Source: the human T2T-CHM13v2.0 reference genome, Homo sapiens. From it: a stretch of 64,000 nt of DNA. The DNA is taken from the NCBI GenBank assembly GCA_009914755.4, contig CP086569.2, forward strand, positions 60,672,001 through 60,736,000, in the 5' to 3' direction. How positions within the stretch are numbered: the stretch's first letter is position 1; each line of letters starts with the position of its first letter. Positions 34,664 to 48,098 of the stretch are shown one piece after another. Both the position numbers and the translations under genes were made by a program. The notes under the pieces were generated by a model that saw only the letters and a list, made by a program, of their open reading frames with translations, did not search any database and was not told the origin of the DNA.

Positions 34664-37442
34664 GGACTCCTTTGGAATGGTCTAGTATGCAATGCAATCG
34701 ACTGGCAGGGAATTAAAAGGAATGCAATCGAATGGATTGCACAGGAATGCAATGGACTCGAATAGATTGGAAACAGAATGCAAAGGAATGGAATGGAATA
34801 GTATGGAATGGAATGGAAAGGAATGGAGTGGAATAGACTAGAGTAGAACGGAATTTACTCGAAAGCAATGGACTGGAATAGAACTTTCTTGAATGGGCTG
34901 GAATCAAACGGAATGGAATGCTGTGCAATCAAATAGAATGAAAGAGAATCAAATCCAATCGAATGGATTGGAAAGGAATTGACTGAAATGGAATGGACTA
35001 GAATGGAAGGCAAAGGAATGGAATCTATAGGAATGGACTGTAATGGAATGGAATGGAAGGGATTGGAATGGAATCGAATGGAATGGACTGCAATAGAAAG
35101 GATTCGAATGGAATGAAAAAGAATTGAATGGAATAGAACAGAATGGAATCAAATCGAATGAAATGGAATGGAATAGAAAGGATTCGAATGGAATGCAATC
35201 GAACGGAATGGAATCGAACGGAATGGAATAAAATGGAAGAAAACTGGCAAGAAATGGAATCGAAATGAATGGAGTGTTATGGAACGGACTCAAAAGGAAT
35301 TGAATGTAATAGAATGGAGTGGAGTGGACTCGAATATAATGGACTGGAATGGAATGAAATCACATGGAATGGGAACGAATGGAATGGAATGGAAAGGAAT
35401 GGAATCGAATGGAAAGGAATCGAATGGAAGGGAATGAAATTGAATCAACAGGAATGGAAGGGAATAGAATAGACGGTAAAGGAATGGACTCGAATAGAAT
35501 GGACACGAATGCTCAAATTGAATGGACTCGAATGGAATGGAAACGAAAGGAATGTCATCGAATGTAATTGAATCGATTGGAATGAAATCGCATAGAATGG
35601 AGTGGAATCAAATGGAATTGAGTCGAAAGCAAAGGAAGCGAATGGACTGAAATGAAATGGAATGGAATGGAATGGAAAGTAATGCAATGGAATAGAATGG
35701 AACGAAATTTCACGGAATGGAATCAAACTGAATGGAATCAAATCAATGGAATCAAATCAAATGGAATGGAAAGGAATTGAATGGAGTAGATGGGATTGGA
35801 TGGGATCGGAATGAAATGTACTGGAAAGAAATCGAATTTCATGAAACGGAATGGAATGAATTGGAACGGAATGGACTCGAATGGAATGGAATGTCATGGA
35901 ATGGCATCAAATGGAATGGCATCAAACGGAATGGAATCGAATGCAATGGAATGCTATGGAATGGAATGGAATGCATTGGAATGGAATGTCCTCTAATGGA
36001 ATGGATTCGAGTGGAATGGAATCGAATATAATGGAGTCGAATGAAATGGAATTGAAAGGAATGGGACCGAATACAATGGAATATACTGGAATGTAATGTA
36101 ATGAACTCGAATGTAATTGACTGCAATGGAATGTACATGAATGGAATGTAATCGAATGGAAAGTAATCGAATGGAATAGAATCTAATGCAATAAAATCGA
36201 CTCAAATAGAATAGAATGTAATGGAATGGAGTGCAGTGCAATGGAATGGAATGGAATGGAATGCAGTGGAATGGAATGGAATGGAATGCAATGGAATGGA
36301 ATGTATTAGAATGTAATGAACTTTAATGGAATGTACTCGAATGGATTCGACTGGAATGGAATGTTCTGGAAGTTTATGGACTCCAATGGAATAGATTCGA
36401 AAGGAATGGAATCGAACGGAATGGAATCTAATGGAATGGAATTAAATGGAAATGAATCAAATTGAATAGCACGGAATTGAATTGAATGGAATAGAATGCA
36501 ATGTAATCTAATGAAACAGAAAGGAAAGGAATGGAATGGAATGGAATGGGCTGGAATGGAATGGAATCGAAACGAATGGAATGGAATCGAACTAAAGAGA
36601 CTGGAATGGAATGCACTGGAATGGAAGGGAGTGTAATGGAAGGTTCTCGAAAAAAATGGAATCGAATGGAATGGAATTGAATGGAACGGAATAGAGTCGA
36701 ATGGAATTGAATGGAATGGAATGGACTAGAGTGAAATGGAATCGAACCACAAGGAATGGACAGGAATAGAATGGTCTCGAATTGAATGGAATCGTATGGA
36801 ATGGCATCAAACGGAATGGAATGGACAGCCACGGAATGGAATGCACTCGAATGCAATGGAGTCGAAACTAATGGACTGGAATAGAATGGACTCGACTGGT
36901 ACGGACTCCAATGGAATGGAATCGAATGGAAGGGAATCGAACGGAATGGACTCGAAGGGAAAAGACTGCAATGGAAAGGTCTCGAATGGAATGGAAATTA
37001 ATGGAATGGAATGGAATCGAATGAAGTGGAGTCAAAAGGAATGGAATCGAATGGCAAGAAATCGAATGTAGTGGAATCGCAAGGAATTGATGTGAACGGA
37101 ACGGAATGGAATGGAATCCAAAGGAATGGAATAGAATGGAATGGAATCAAATGGAAAGGACTCGAATGGAAATCACTCGAATAGAATGCAATTTAATAAA
37201 ATAGGATCAAATGTAATGGAATGGAATGGAAAGGAATCGAAACGAAAGGAATGGAGACAGATGGAATGGAATGGAACAGAGAGCAATGGTATAGAATGGA
37301 ATGGAATCATCTGGAATGGAATTGAATGGAATGCAATAACATGAAATGGAATGGAATGGAATGGAATGCCCTTGAATTAAATGGACTGGAATGGAATGGA
37401 CTCGAACAGAGTGTAATGGAAAGTGTTGAAATAGAATGGAAT
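34664..37442 (+). repeat. DYZ1-type unit D0 (2779 bp). This junction-adjacent unit is more diverged and carries a ~680-bp internal deletion.
   Basis: It matches D1 at offset 2864-2869 up to about 36265, and at offset 3544 after about 36300. The D1 segment from about 39165 to 39845 has no counterpart in D0. Confidence 0.85.
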
Positions 37443-40400
37443 GGACTCGTTTGGAATGGTCTAGTATGCAATGCAATCGACTGGCAGGGAATCAAAAGGA
37501 ATGTAATCGAATGGATTGGACTGGAATGCAATGGACTCGAATAGATTGGAAACGGAATGCAAAGGAATGGAATGGAATAGTATGGAATGGAATGGAAAGG
37601 AATGGAGTGGAATAGACTAGAGTGGAATGGAATGGACTCAAAAGCAATGGACTGGAATGGAACTTTCTTGAATGGACTGGAATCAAACGGAATGGAATGC
37701 AATGCAATCAAATGGCATGGAATAAAATAGAATGAAAGAGAATCAAATGGAATTGAATCGAATGGAATCGAATGGATTGGAAAGGAATAGAATGGAATGG
37801 AATGGAATTGACTCAAATGGAATGGACTAGAATGGAATGGATTCGAATGGAAGGCAAAGGAATGGAATCTATTGGAATGGACTGTAATGGAATGGAATGG
37901 AAGGGATTGGAATGGACTCGAATGGAATGGACTGCAATAGAAAGGATTCGAATGGAATGAAAAAGAATTGAATGGAATAGAACAGAATGGAATCAAATCG
38001 AATGAAATGGAATGGAATAGAAAGGAATGGAATGAAATGGAATGGAAAGGATTCGAATGGAATGCAATCGAATGGAATGGAATCGAACGGAATGGAATAA
38101 AATGGAAGAAAACTGGCAAGAAATGGAATCGAAATGAATGGAGTGTTATGGAACGGACTCAAAAGGAATTGAATGTAATAGAATTGAGTGGAGTGGACTC
38201 GAATATAATGGACTGGAATGGAATGAAATCACATGGAATGGGAACGAATGGAATGGAATGGAAAGGAATGGAATCGAATGGAAAGGAATGGAATGGAAGG
38301 GAATGAAACTGAATCAACAGGAATGGAAGGGAGTAGAATAGACGGTAATGGAATGGACTCGAATAGAATGGACACGAATGCACAAATTGAATGGACTCGA
38401 ATGGAATGGAAACGAAAGGAATGTCATCGAATGGAATTGAATCGATTGGAATGAAATCGCATAGAATGGAGTGGAATCAAATGGAATTGAATCGAAAGGA
38501 AAGGAAGCGAATGGACTGAAATGGAATGGAATGGAATGGAAAGTAATGCAATGGAATAGAATGGAACGAAATTTCACGGAATGGAATCAAACTGAATGGA
38601 ATCAAATCAATGGAATATAATCAAATGGAATGGAAATGAATTGAATGGAGTAGATTGGATTGGATGGGATTGGAATGAAATGGAATGGAAAGGACTCGAA
38701 TTTCATGAAACGGAATGGAATGAATTGGAACGGAATGGACTCGAATGGAATGGAATGTCATGGAATTGCATCAAATGGAATGGCATCAAAGGGAATGGAA
38801 TCGAATGCAATGGAATGCTATGGAATGGAATGGAATGCATTGGAATGGAATGTCCTCTAATGGAATGGATTCGAGTGGAATGGAATCGAATATAATGGAG
38901 TCGAATGAAATGGAATTGAAAGGAATGGGATCGAATACAATGGAATATACTGGAATGTAATGTAATGAACTCGAATGTAATTGAATGGAATGGAATGTAC
39001 ACGAATGGAATGTAATCGAATGGAAAGTAATCCAATGGAATAGAATCTAATGCAATAAAATCGACTCAAATAGAATAGAATGCAATGGAATGGAGTGCAG
39101 TGCAATGGAATGGAATGGAATGGAATGCAATGGAATGGAATGGAATGGAATGGAATGCAATGGGATGGAATGGTATGGAATGGATAGTAATGGACTGGAG
39201 TGAAATGGACTGGAAAGGAATGGACTCAAATTGAAAGGTCTCGAAAGGAATGGAGTCAAATGGAATGGTCTGGAATGGAATGAACACGAATGTAATGCAA
39301 TCCAATAGAATGGAATCGAATGGCATGGAATATAAAGAAATGGAATCGAAGAGAATGGAAACAAATGGAATGGAATTGAATGGAATGGAATTGAATGGAA
39401 TGGGAAGGAATGGAGTGAAATTGTATGCAGTAGAAGAGAATAGAATGGAATGCAAGCGAAAGGAAAGGAATGGATTGGAATGGAATGGAATTCATTGGAA
39501 TGGAAGGGAATGTAGTGTAATGGACAGGCCTGGAATAAAGTGGAATGCTACGGTCTCGAATGGAATAAAAATGTATGGAATGGAATGCAATGAAACGGAA
39601 TCGAATGTCATAGAATGTAATGGAATGCAAAAAAATGGAATCCAAAATCATTGACTGGAAAGGCTGGGTGTCGAAAGGAATTGACTCCAATGGAATGGAA
39701 TCGAATGGAATGGAAGTGAATAGAATCGAACTAAATCGAATGGAATGGAATTGATAGGAACGGAATGGAAAGGAATGCAATGATTTGGCATGGAATGGAA
39801 TCGAATGGCATCGAATGGAATGGAATGGAATGCAATGGAATGGAATATATTAGAATGTAATGAACTTTAATGGAATGTACTCGAATGGATTCGACTGGAA
39901 TGGAATGTTCTGGAAGTGAATGGACTCCAATGGAATGGATTCGAAAGGAATGGAATCGTACGGAATGGAATCTAATGGAATGGAATTAAATGGAAATGAA
40001 TCAAATTGAATAGCACGGAATTGAATTGAATGGAATGGAATGCAATGGAATCTAATGAAACGGAAAGGAAAGGAATGGCATGGAATGGAATGGGCTGGAA
40101 TGGAAAGGAATCGAAACGAATGGAATGGAATCGAACTGAAGAGACTGGAATGGAATGCACTGGAATGGAAGGGAGTGTAATGGAAGGTTCTCGAAAAAAA
40201 TGGAATCGAATGGAATGGAATTGAATGGAACGGAATAGAGTCGAATGGAATTGAATGGAATGGAATGGACTAGAGTGAAATGGAATCGAACCACAAGGAA
40301 TGGACAGGAATAGAATGGTCTCGAATTGAATGGAATCGTATGGAATGGCATCAAACGGAATGGAATGGACAGCCACGGAATGGAATGCACTCGAATGCAA

Positions 40401-40986
40401 TGGAGTCGAAACTAATGGACTGGAATAGAATGGACTCGACTGGTACGGACTCCAATGGAATGGAATCGAATGCAAGGGAATCGAACGGAATGGACTCGAA
40501 GGGAAAAGACTGCAATGGAAAGGTCTCGAATGGAATGGAAATTAATGGAATGGAATGGAATCGAATGAAATGGAGTCAAAAGGAATGGAATCGAATGGCA
40601 AGAAATCAAATGTAATGGAATCGCAAGGAATTGATGTGAACGGAACGGAATGGAATGGAATCCAAAGGAATGGAATAGAATGGAATGGAATCGAATGGAA
40701 AGGACTCGAATGGAAATCACTCGAATAGAATGCAATTTAATAAAATAGGATCAAATGGAATGGAATGGAATGGAAAGGAATCGAAACGAAAGGAATGGAG
40801 ACAGATGGAATGGAATGGAACAGAGAGCAATGGTATAGAATGGAATGGAATCATCTGGAATGGAATTGAATGGAATGGAATAACATGAAATGGAATGGAA
40901 TGGAATGGAATGCCCTTGAATAAAATGGACTGGAATGGAATGGACTCGAACAGAGTGGAATGGAAAGTGTTGAAATAGAATGGAAT
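37443..40986 (+). repeat. DYZ1-type unit D1 (3544 bp)
   Basis: Bounded by marker-to-marker spacing. Confidence 0.9.
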
Positions 40987-43900
40987 GGACTCCTTTGGAA
41001 TGGTCTAGTATGCAATGCAATCGACTGGCAGGGAATCAAAAGGAATGTAATCGAATGGATTGGACTGGAATGCAATGGATTCGAATAGATTGGAAACGGA
41101 ATGCAAAGGAATGGAATGGAATAGTATGGAATGGAATGGAAAGGAATGGAGTGGAATAGACTAGAGTGGAATGGAATGGACTGGAAAGCAATGGACTGGA
41201 ATGGAACTTTCTTGAATGGACTGGAATCAAACGGAATGGAATGCAATGCAATCAAATGGCATGGAATAAAATAGAATGAAAGAGAATCAAACGGAATTGA
41301 ATCGAATGGAATCGAATGGATTGGAAAGGAATAGAATGGAATGGAATGGAATTGACTCAAATGGAATGGACTAGAATGGAATGGATTCGAATGGAAGTCA
41401 AAGGAATGGAATCTATTGGAATGGACTGTAATGGAATGGAATGGAAGGGATTGGAATGGACTCGAATGGAATGGACTGCAATAGAAAGGATTCGAATGGA
41501 ATGAAAAAGAATTGAATGGAATAGAACAGAATGGAATCAAATCGAATGAAATGGAATGGAATAGAAAGGAATGGAATGAAATGGAATGGAAAGGATTCGA
41601 ATGGAATGCAATCGAATGGAATGCAATCGAATGGAATGCAATCGAACGGAATGGAATAAAATGGAAGAAAACTGGCAAGAAATGGAATCGAAATGAATGG
41701 AGTGTTATGGAACGGACTCAAAAGGAATTGAATGTAATAGAATGGAGTGGAGTGGACTCGAATATAATGGACTGGAATGGAATGAAATCACATGGAATGG
41801 GAACGAATGGAATGGAATGGAAAGGAATGGAATCGAATGGAAAGGAATCGAATGGAAGGGAATGAAATTGAATCAACAGGAATGGAAGGGAATAGAATAG
41901 ACGGTAATGGAATGGACTCGAATAGAATGGAAACGAATGCTCAAATTGAATGGACTCGAGTGGAATGGAAACGAAACGAATGTCATCGAATGGAATTGAA
42001 TCGATTGGAATGAAATCGCATAGAATGGACTGGAATCAAATGGAATTGAGTCGAAAGGAAAGGAAGCGAATGGACTGAAATGAAATGGAATGGAATTGAA
42101 TGGAAAGTAATGCAATGGAATAGAATGGAACGAAATTTCACGGAATGGAATCAAACTGAATGGAATCAAATCAATGGAATATAATCAAATGGAATGGAAA
42201 GGAATTGAATGGAGTAGATGGGACTGGATGGGATTGGAATGAAATGTACTGGAAAGGACTCGAATTTCATGAAACGAATGGAATGAATTGGAACGGAATG
42301 GACTCGAATGGAATGGAATGTCATGGAATGGCATCAAATGGAATGGAATCGAATGCAATGGAATGCTATGGAATGGAATGGAATGCATTGGAATGGAATG
42401 TCCTCTAATGGAATGGATTCGAGTGGAATGGAATCGAATATAATGGAGTCGAATGAAATGGAATTGAAAGGAATGGGATCGAATACAATGGAATATACTG
42501 GAATGTAACGTAATGAACTCGAATATAATTGACTGGAATGGAATGTACATGAATGGAATGTAATCGAATGGAAAGTAATCCAATGGAATAGAATCTAATG
42601 CAATAAAATCGACTCAAATAGAATACAATGGAATGGAATGGAGTGCAGTGCAATGGAATGGAAGGGAATGGAATGCAATGGAATGGAATGTAATGGAATG
42701 GAATGGAATGGGATGGAATGGTATGGAATGGATAGTAATGGACTGGAGTGAAATGGACTGGAAAGGAATGGACTCAAATTGAAAGGACTCGAAAGGAATG
42801 CAGTCAAATGGAATGATCTGGAATGGAATGAACACGAATGTAATGCAATCCAATAGAATGGAATCGAATGGGATGGAATATAAAGAAATGGAATCGAAGA
42901 GAATGGAAACAAATGGAATGGAATTGAATGGAATGGAATTGAAAGGAATGAGAATGAATGGAGTGAAATTGTATGCAGTAGAAGAGAATAGAATGGAATG
43001 CAAGCGAAAGGAAAGGAATGGATTGGAATGGAATGGAATTCATTGGAATGGAAGGGAATGTAGTGTAATGGACAGGCCTGGAATAAAGTGGAATGCTACG
43101 GTCTCGAATGGAATAAAAATGTATGGAATGGAATGCAATGAAACGGAATCGAATGTCATAGAATGTAATGGAATGCAAAAAAATGGAATCCAAAATCATT
43201 GACTGGAAAGGCTGGGTGTCGAAAGGAATTGACTCCAATGGAATGGAATCGAATGGAATGGAAGTGAATAGAATCGAACTAAATCGAATGGAATGGAATT
43301 GATAGGAACGGAATGGAAAGGAATGCAATGATTTGGCATGGAATGGAATCGAATGGCATCGAATGGAATGGAATGCAATGCAATGGAATGGAATGTATTA
43401 GAATGTAATGAACTTTAATGGAATGTACTCGAATGGATTCGACTGGAATGGAATGTTCTGGAAGTGAATGGACTCCAATGGAATGGATTCGAAAGGAATG
43501 GAATCGAACGGAATGGAATCTAATGGAATGGAATTAAATGGAAATGAATCAAATTGAATAGCACGGAACTGAATTGAATGGAATCGAATGCAATGGAATC
43601 TAATGAAACGGAAAGGAAAGGAATGGAATGGAATGGAATGGGCTGGAATGGAATGGAATCGAAACAAATGGAATGGAATCGAACTGAAGAGACTGGAATG
43701 GAATGCACTGGAATGGAAGGGAGTGTAATGGAAGGTTCTCGAAAAAAATGGAATCGAATGGAATGGAATTGAATGGAACGGAATAGAGTCGAATGGAATT
43801 GAATGGAATGGAATGGACTAGAGTGAAATGGAATCGAACCACAAGGAATGGACAGGAATAGAATGGTCTCGAATTGAATGGAATCGTATGGAATGGCATC

Positions 43901-44534
43901 AAACGGAATGCAATGGACAGCCACGGAATGGAATGCACTCGAATGCAATGGAGTCGAAACTAATGGACTGGAATAGAATGGACTCGACTGGTACGGACTC
44001 CAATGGAATGGAATCGAATGGAAGGGAATCGAACGGAATGGACTCGAAGGCAAAAGACTGCAATGGAAAGGTCTCGAATGGAATGGAAATTAATGGAATG
44101 GAATGGAATCGAATGAAATGGAGTCAAAAGGAATGGAATCGAATGGCAAGAAATCGAATGTAATGGAATCGCAAGGAATTGATGTGAACGGAACGGAATG
44201 GAATGGAATCCAAAGGAATGGAATAGAATGGAATGGAATCGAATGGAAAGGACTCGAATGGAAATCACTCGAATAGAATGCAATTTAATAAAATAGGATC
44301 AAATGTAATGGAATGGAATGGAAAGGAATCGAAACGAAAGGAATGGAGACAGATGGAATGGAATGGAACAGAGAGCAATGGTATAGAATGGAATGGAATC
44401 ATCTGGAATGGAATTGAATGGAATGGAATAACATGAAATGGAATGGAATGGAATGGAATGCCTTTGAATTAAATGGACTGGAATGGAATGGTCTCGAACA
44501 GAGTGGAATGGAAAGTGTTGAAATAGAATGGAAT
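40987..44534 (+). repeat. DYZ1-type unit D2 (3548 bp)
   Basis: Bounded by marker spacing. It has a 15-bp gain ('IAFHSIAFHSIAFHS') relative to D1. Confidence 0.9.
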
Positions 44535-47500
44535 GGACTCCTTTGGAATGGTCTAGTATGCAATGCAATCGACTGGCAGGGAATCAAAAGGAATGTAATC
44601 GAATGGATTGGACTGGAATGCAATGGACTCGAATAGATTGGAAACGGAATGCAAAGGAATGGAATGGAATAGTATGGAATGGAATGGAAAGGAATGGAGT
44701 GGAATAGACTAGAGTGGAATGGAATGGACTCGAAAGCAATGGACTGGAATGGAACTTTCTTGAATGGACTGGAATCAAACGGAATGGAATGCAATGCAAT
44801 CAAATGGCATGGAATAAAATAGAATGAAAGAGAATCAAATGGAATTGAATCGAATGGAATCGAATGGATTGGAAAGGAATAGAATGGAATGGAATGGAAT
44901 TGACTCAAATGGAATGGACTAGAATGGAATGGATTCGAGTGGAAGGCAAAGGAATGGAATCTATTGGAATGGACTGTAATGGAATGGAATGGAAGGGATT
45001 GGAATGGACTCGAATGGAATGGACTGCAATAGAAAGGATTCGAATGGAATGAAAAAGAATTGAATGGAATAGAACAGAATGGAATCAAATCGAATGAAAT
45101 GGAATGGAATAGAAAGGAATGGAATGAAATGAAATGGAAAGGATTCAAATGGAATGTAATCGAATGGAATGGAATCGAACGGAATGGAATAAAATGGAAG
45201 AAAACTGGCAAGAAATGGAATCGAAATGAATGGAGTGTTATGGATCGGACTCAAAAGGAATTGAATGTAATAGAATGGAGTGGAGTGGACTCGAATATAA
45301 TGGACTGGAATGGAATGAAATCACATGGAATGGGAACGAATGGAATGGAATGGAAAGGAATGGAATCGAATGGAAAGGAATCGAATGGAAGGGAATGAAA
45401 TTGAATCAACAGGCATGGAAGGGAGTAGAATAGACGGTAATGGAATGGACTCGAATAGAATGGACACGAATGCTCAAATTGAATGGACTCAAATGGAATG
45501 GAAACGAAAGGAATGTCATCGAATGGAATTGAATCGGTTGGAATGAAATCGCATAGAATGGAGTGGAATCAAATGGAATTGAATCGAAAGGAAAGGAAGC
45601 GAATGGACTGAAATGAAATGGAATGGAATTGAATGGAAAGTAATGCAATGGAATAGAATGGAACGAAATTTCACGGAATGGAATCAAACTGAATGGAATC
45701 AAATCAATGGAATATAATCAAATGGAATGGAAAGGAATTGAATGGAGTAGATTGGGTTGGATGGGATTGGAATGAAATGGAATGGAAAGGACTCGAATTT
45801 CATGAAACGGAATGGAATGAATTGGAACGGAATGGACTCGAATGGAATGGAATGACATGGAATGGCAAGAAATGGAATGGCATCAAAGGGAATGGAATCG
45901 AATGCAATGGAATGCTATGGAATGGAATGGAATGCATTGGAATGGAATGTCCTCTAATGGAATGGATTCGAGTGGAATGGAATCGAATATAATGGAGTCG
46001 AATGAAATGGAATTGAAAGGAATGGGATCGAATACAATGGAATATACTGGAATGTAATGTAAAGAACTCGAATGTAATTGAATGGAAAGGAATGTACATG
46101 AATGGAATGTAATCGAATGGAAAGTAATCCAATGGAATAGTATCTAATGTAATAAAATCGACTCAGATAGAGTAGAATGTAATGGAATGGAGTGTAGTGC
46201 AATGGAATGGAATGGAATGGAATGCAATGGAATGGAAAGGAATGGAATGGAATGGAATGGAATGGGATGGAATGGTATGGAATGGATAGTAATGGACTGG
46301 AGTGAAATGGACTGGAAAGGAGTGGACTCAAATTGAAAGGTCTCGAAAGGAATGGAGTCAAAAGGAATGGTCTGGAATGGAATGAACACGAATGTAATGC
46401 AATCCAATAGAATGGAGTCGAATGGCATGGAATATAAAGAAATGGAATCGAAGAGAATGGAAACAAATGGAATGGAATTGAATGGAATGGAATTGAATGG
46501 AATGGGAAGGAATGGAGTGAAATTGTATGCAGTAGAAGAGAATAGAATGGAATGCAAGCGAAAGGAAAGGAATGGATTGGAATGGAATGGAATTCATTGG
46601 AATGGAAGGGAATGTAGTGTAATGGACAGGCCTGGAATAAAGTGGAATGCTACGGTCTCGAATGGAATAAAAATGTATGGAATGGAATGCAATGAAACGG
46701 AATCGAATGTCATAGAATGTAATGGAATGCAAAAAAATGGAATCCAAAATCATTGACTGGAAAGGCTGGGTGTCGAAAGGAATTGACTCCAATGGAATGG
46801 AATCGAATGGAATGGAAGTGAATAGAATCGAACTAAATCGAATGGAATGGAATTGATAGGAACGGAATGGAAAGGAATGCAATGATTTGGCATGGAATGG
46901 AATCGAATGGCATCGAATGGAATGGAATGGAATGCAATGGAATGGAATGTATTAGAATGTAATGAACTTTAATGGAATGTACTCGAATGGATTCGACTGG
47001 AATGGAATGTTCTGGAAGTGAATGGACTCCAATGGAATGGATTCAAAAGGAATGGAATCGTACGGAATGGAATCTAATGGAATGGAATTAAATGGAAATG
47101 AATCAAATTGAATAGCACGGAATTGAATTGAATGGAATGGAATGCAATGGAATCTAATGAAACGGAAAGGAAAGGAATGGAATGGAATGGAATGGGCTGG
47201 AATGGAAAGGAATCGAAACGAATGGAATGGAATCGAACTGAAGAGACTGGAATGGAATGCACTGGAATGGAAGGGAGTGTAATGGAAGGTTCTCGAAAAA
47301 AATGGAATGGAATGGAATGGAATTGAATGGAACGGAATAGAGTCGAATGGAATTGAATGGAATGGAATGGACTAGAGTGAAATGGAATCGAACCACAAGG
47401 AATGGACAGGAATAGAATGGTCTCGAATTGAATGGAATCGTATGGAATGGCATCAAACGGAATGGAATGGACAGCCACGGAATGGAATGCACTCGAATGC

Positions 47501-48098
47501 AATGGAGTCGAAACTAATGGACTGGAATAGAATGGACTCGACTGGTACGGACTCCAATGGAATGGAATCGAATGGAAGGGAATCGAACGGAAGGGAATCG
47601 AACGGAATGGACTCGAAGGGAAAAGACTGCAATGGAAAGGTCTCGAATGGAATGGAAATTAATGGAATGGAATGGAATCGAATGAAATGGAGTCAAAAGG
47701 AATGGAATCGAATGGCAAGAAATCGAATGTAATGGAATCGCAAGGAATTGATGTGAACGGAACGGAATGGAATGGAATCCAAAGGAATGGAATAGAATGG
47801 AATGGAATCGAATGGAAAGGACTCGAATGGAAATCACTCGAATAGAATGCAATTTAATAAAATAGGATCAAATGTAATGGAATGGAACGGAAAGGAATCG
47901 AAACGAAAGGAATGGAGACAGATGGAATGGAATGGAACAGAGAGCAATGGTATAGAATGGAATGGAATCATCTGGAATGGAATTGAATGGAATGGAATAA
48001 TATGAAATGGAATGGAATGGAATGTCCTTGAATTAAATGGACTGGAATGGAATGGACTCGAACAGAGTGGAATGGAAGGTGTTGAAATAGAATGGAAT
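44535..48098 (+). repeat. DYZ1-type unit D3 (3564 bp), the same length as the classic sequenced DYZ1 unit
   Basis: Bounded by marker spacing. It has an extra 15 bp, a tandem duplication of 'gaatcgaacggaagg', near 47575-47600. Confidence 0.9.
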
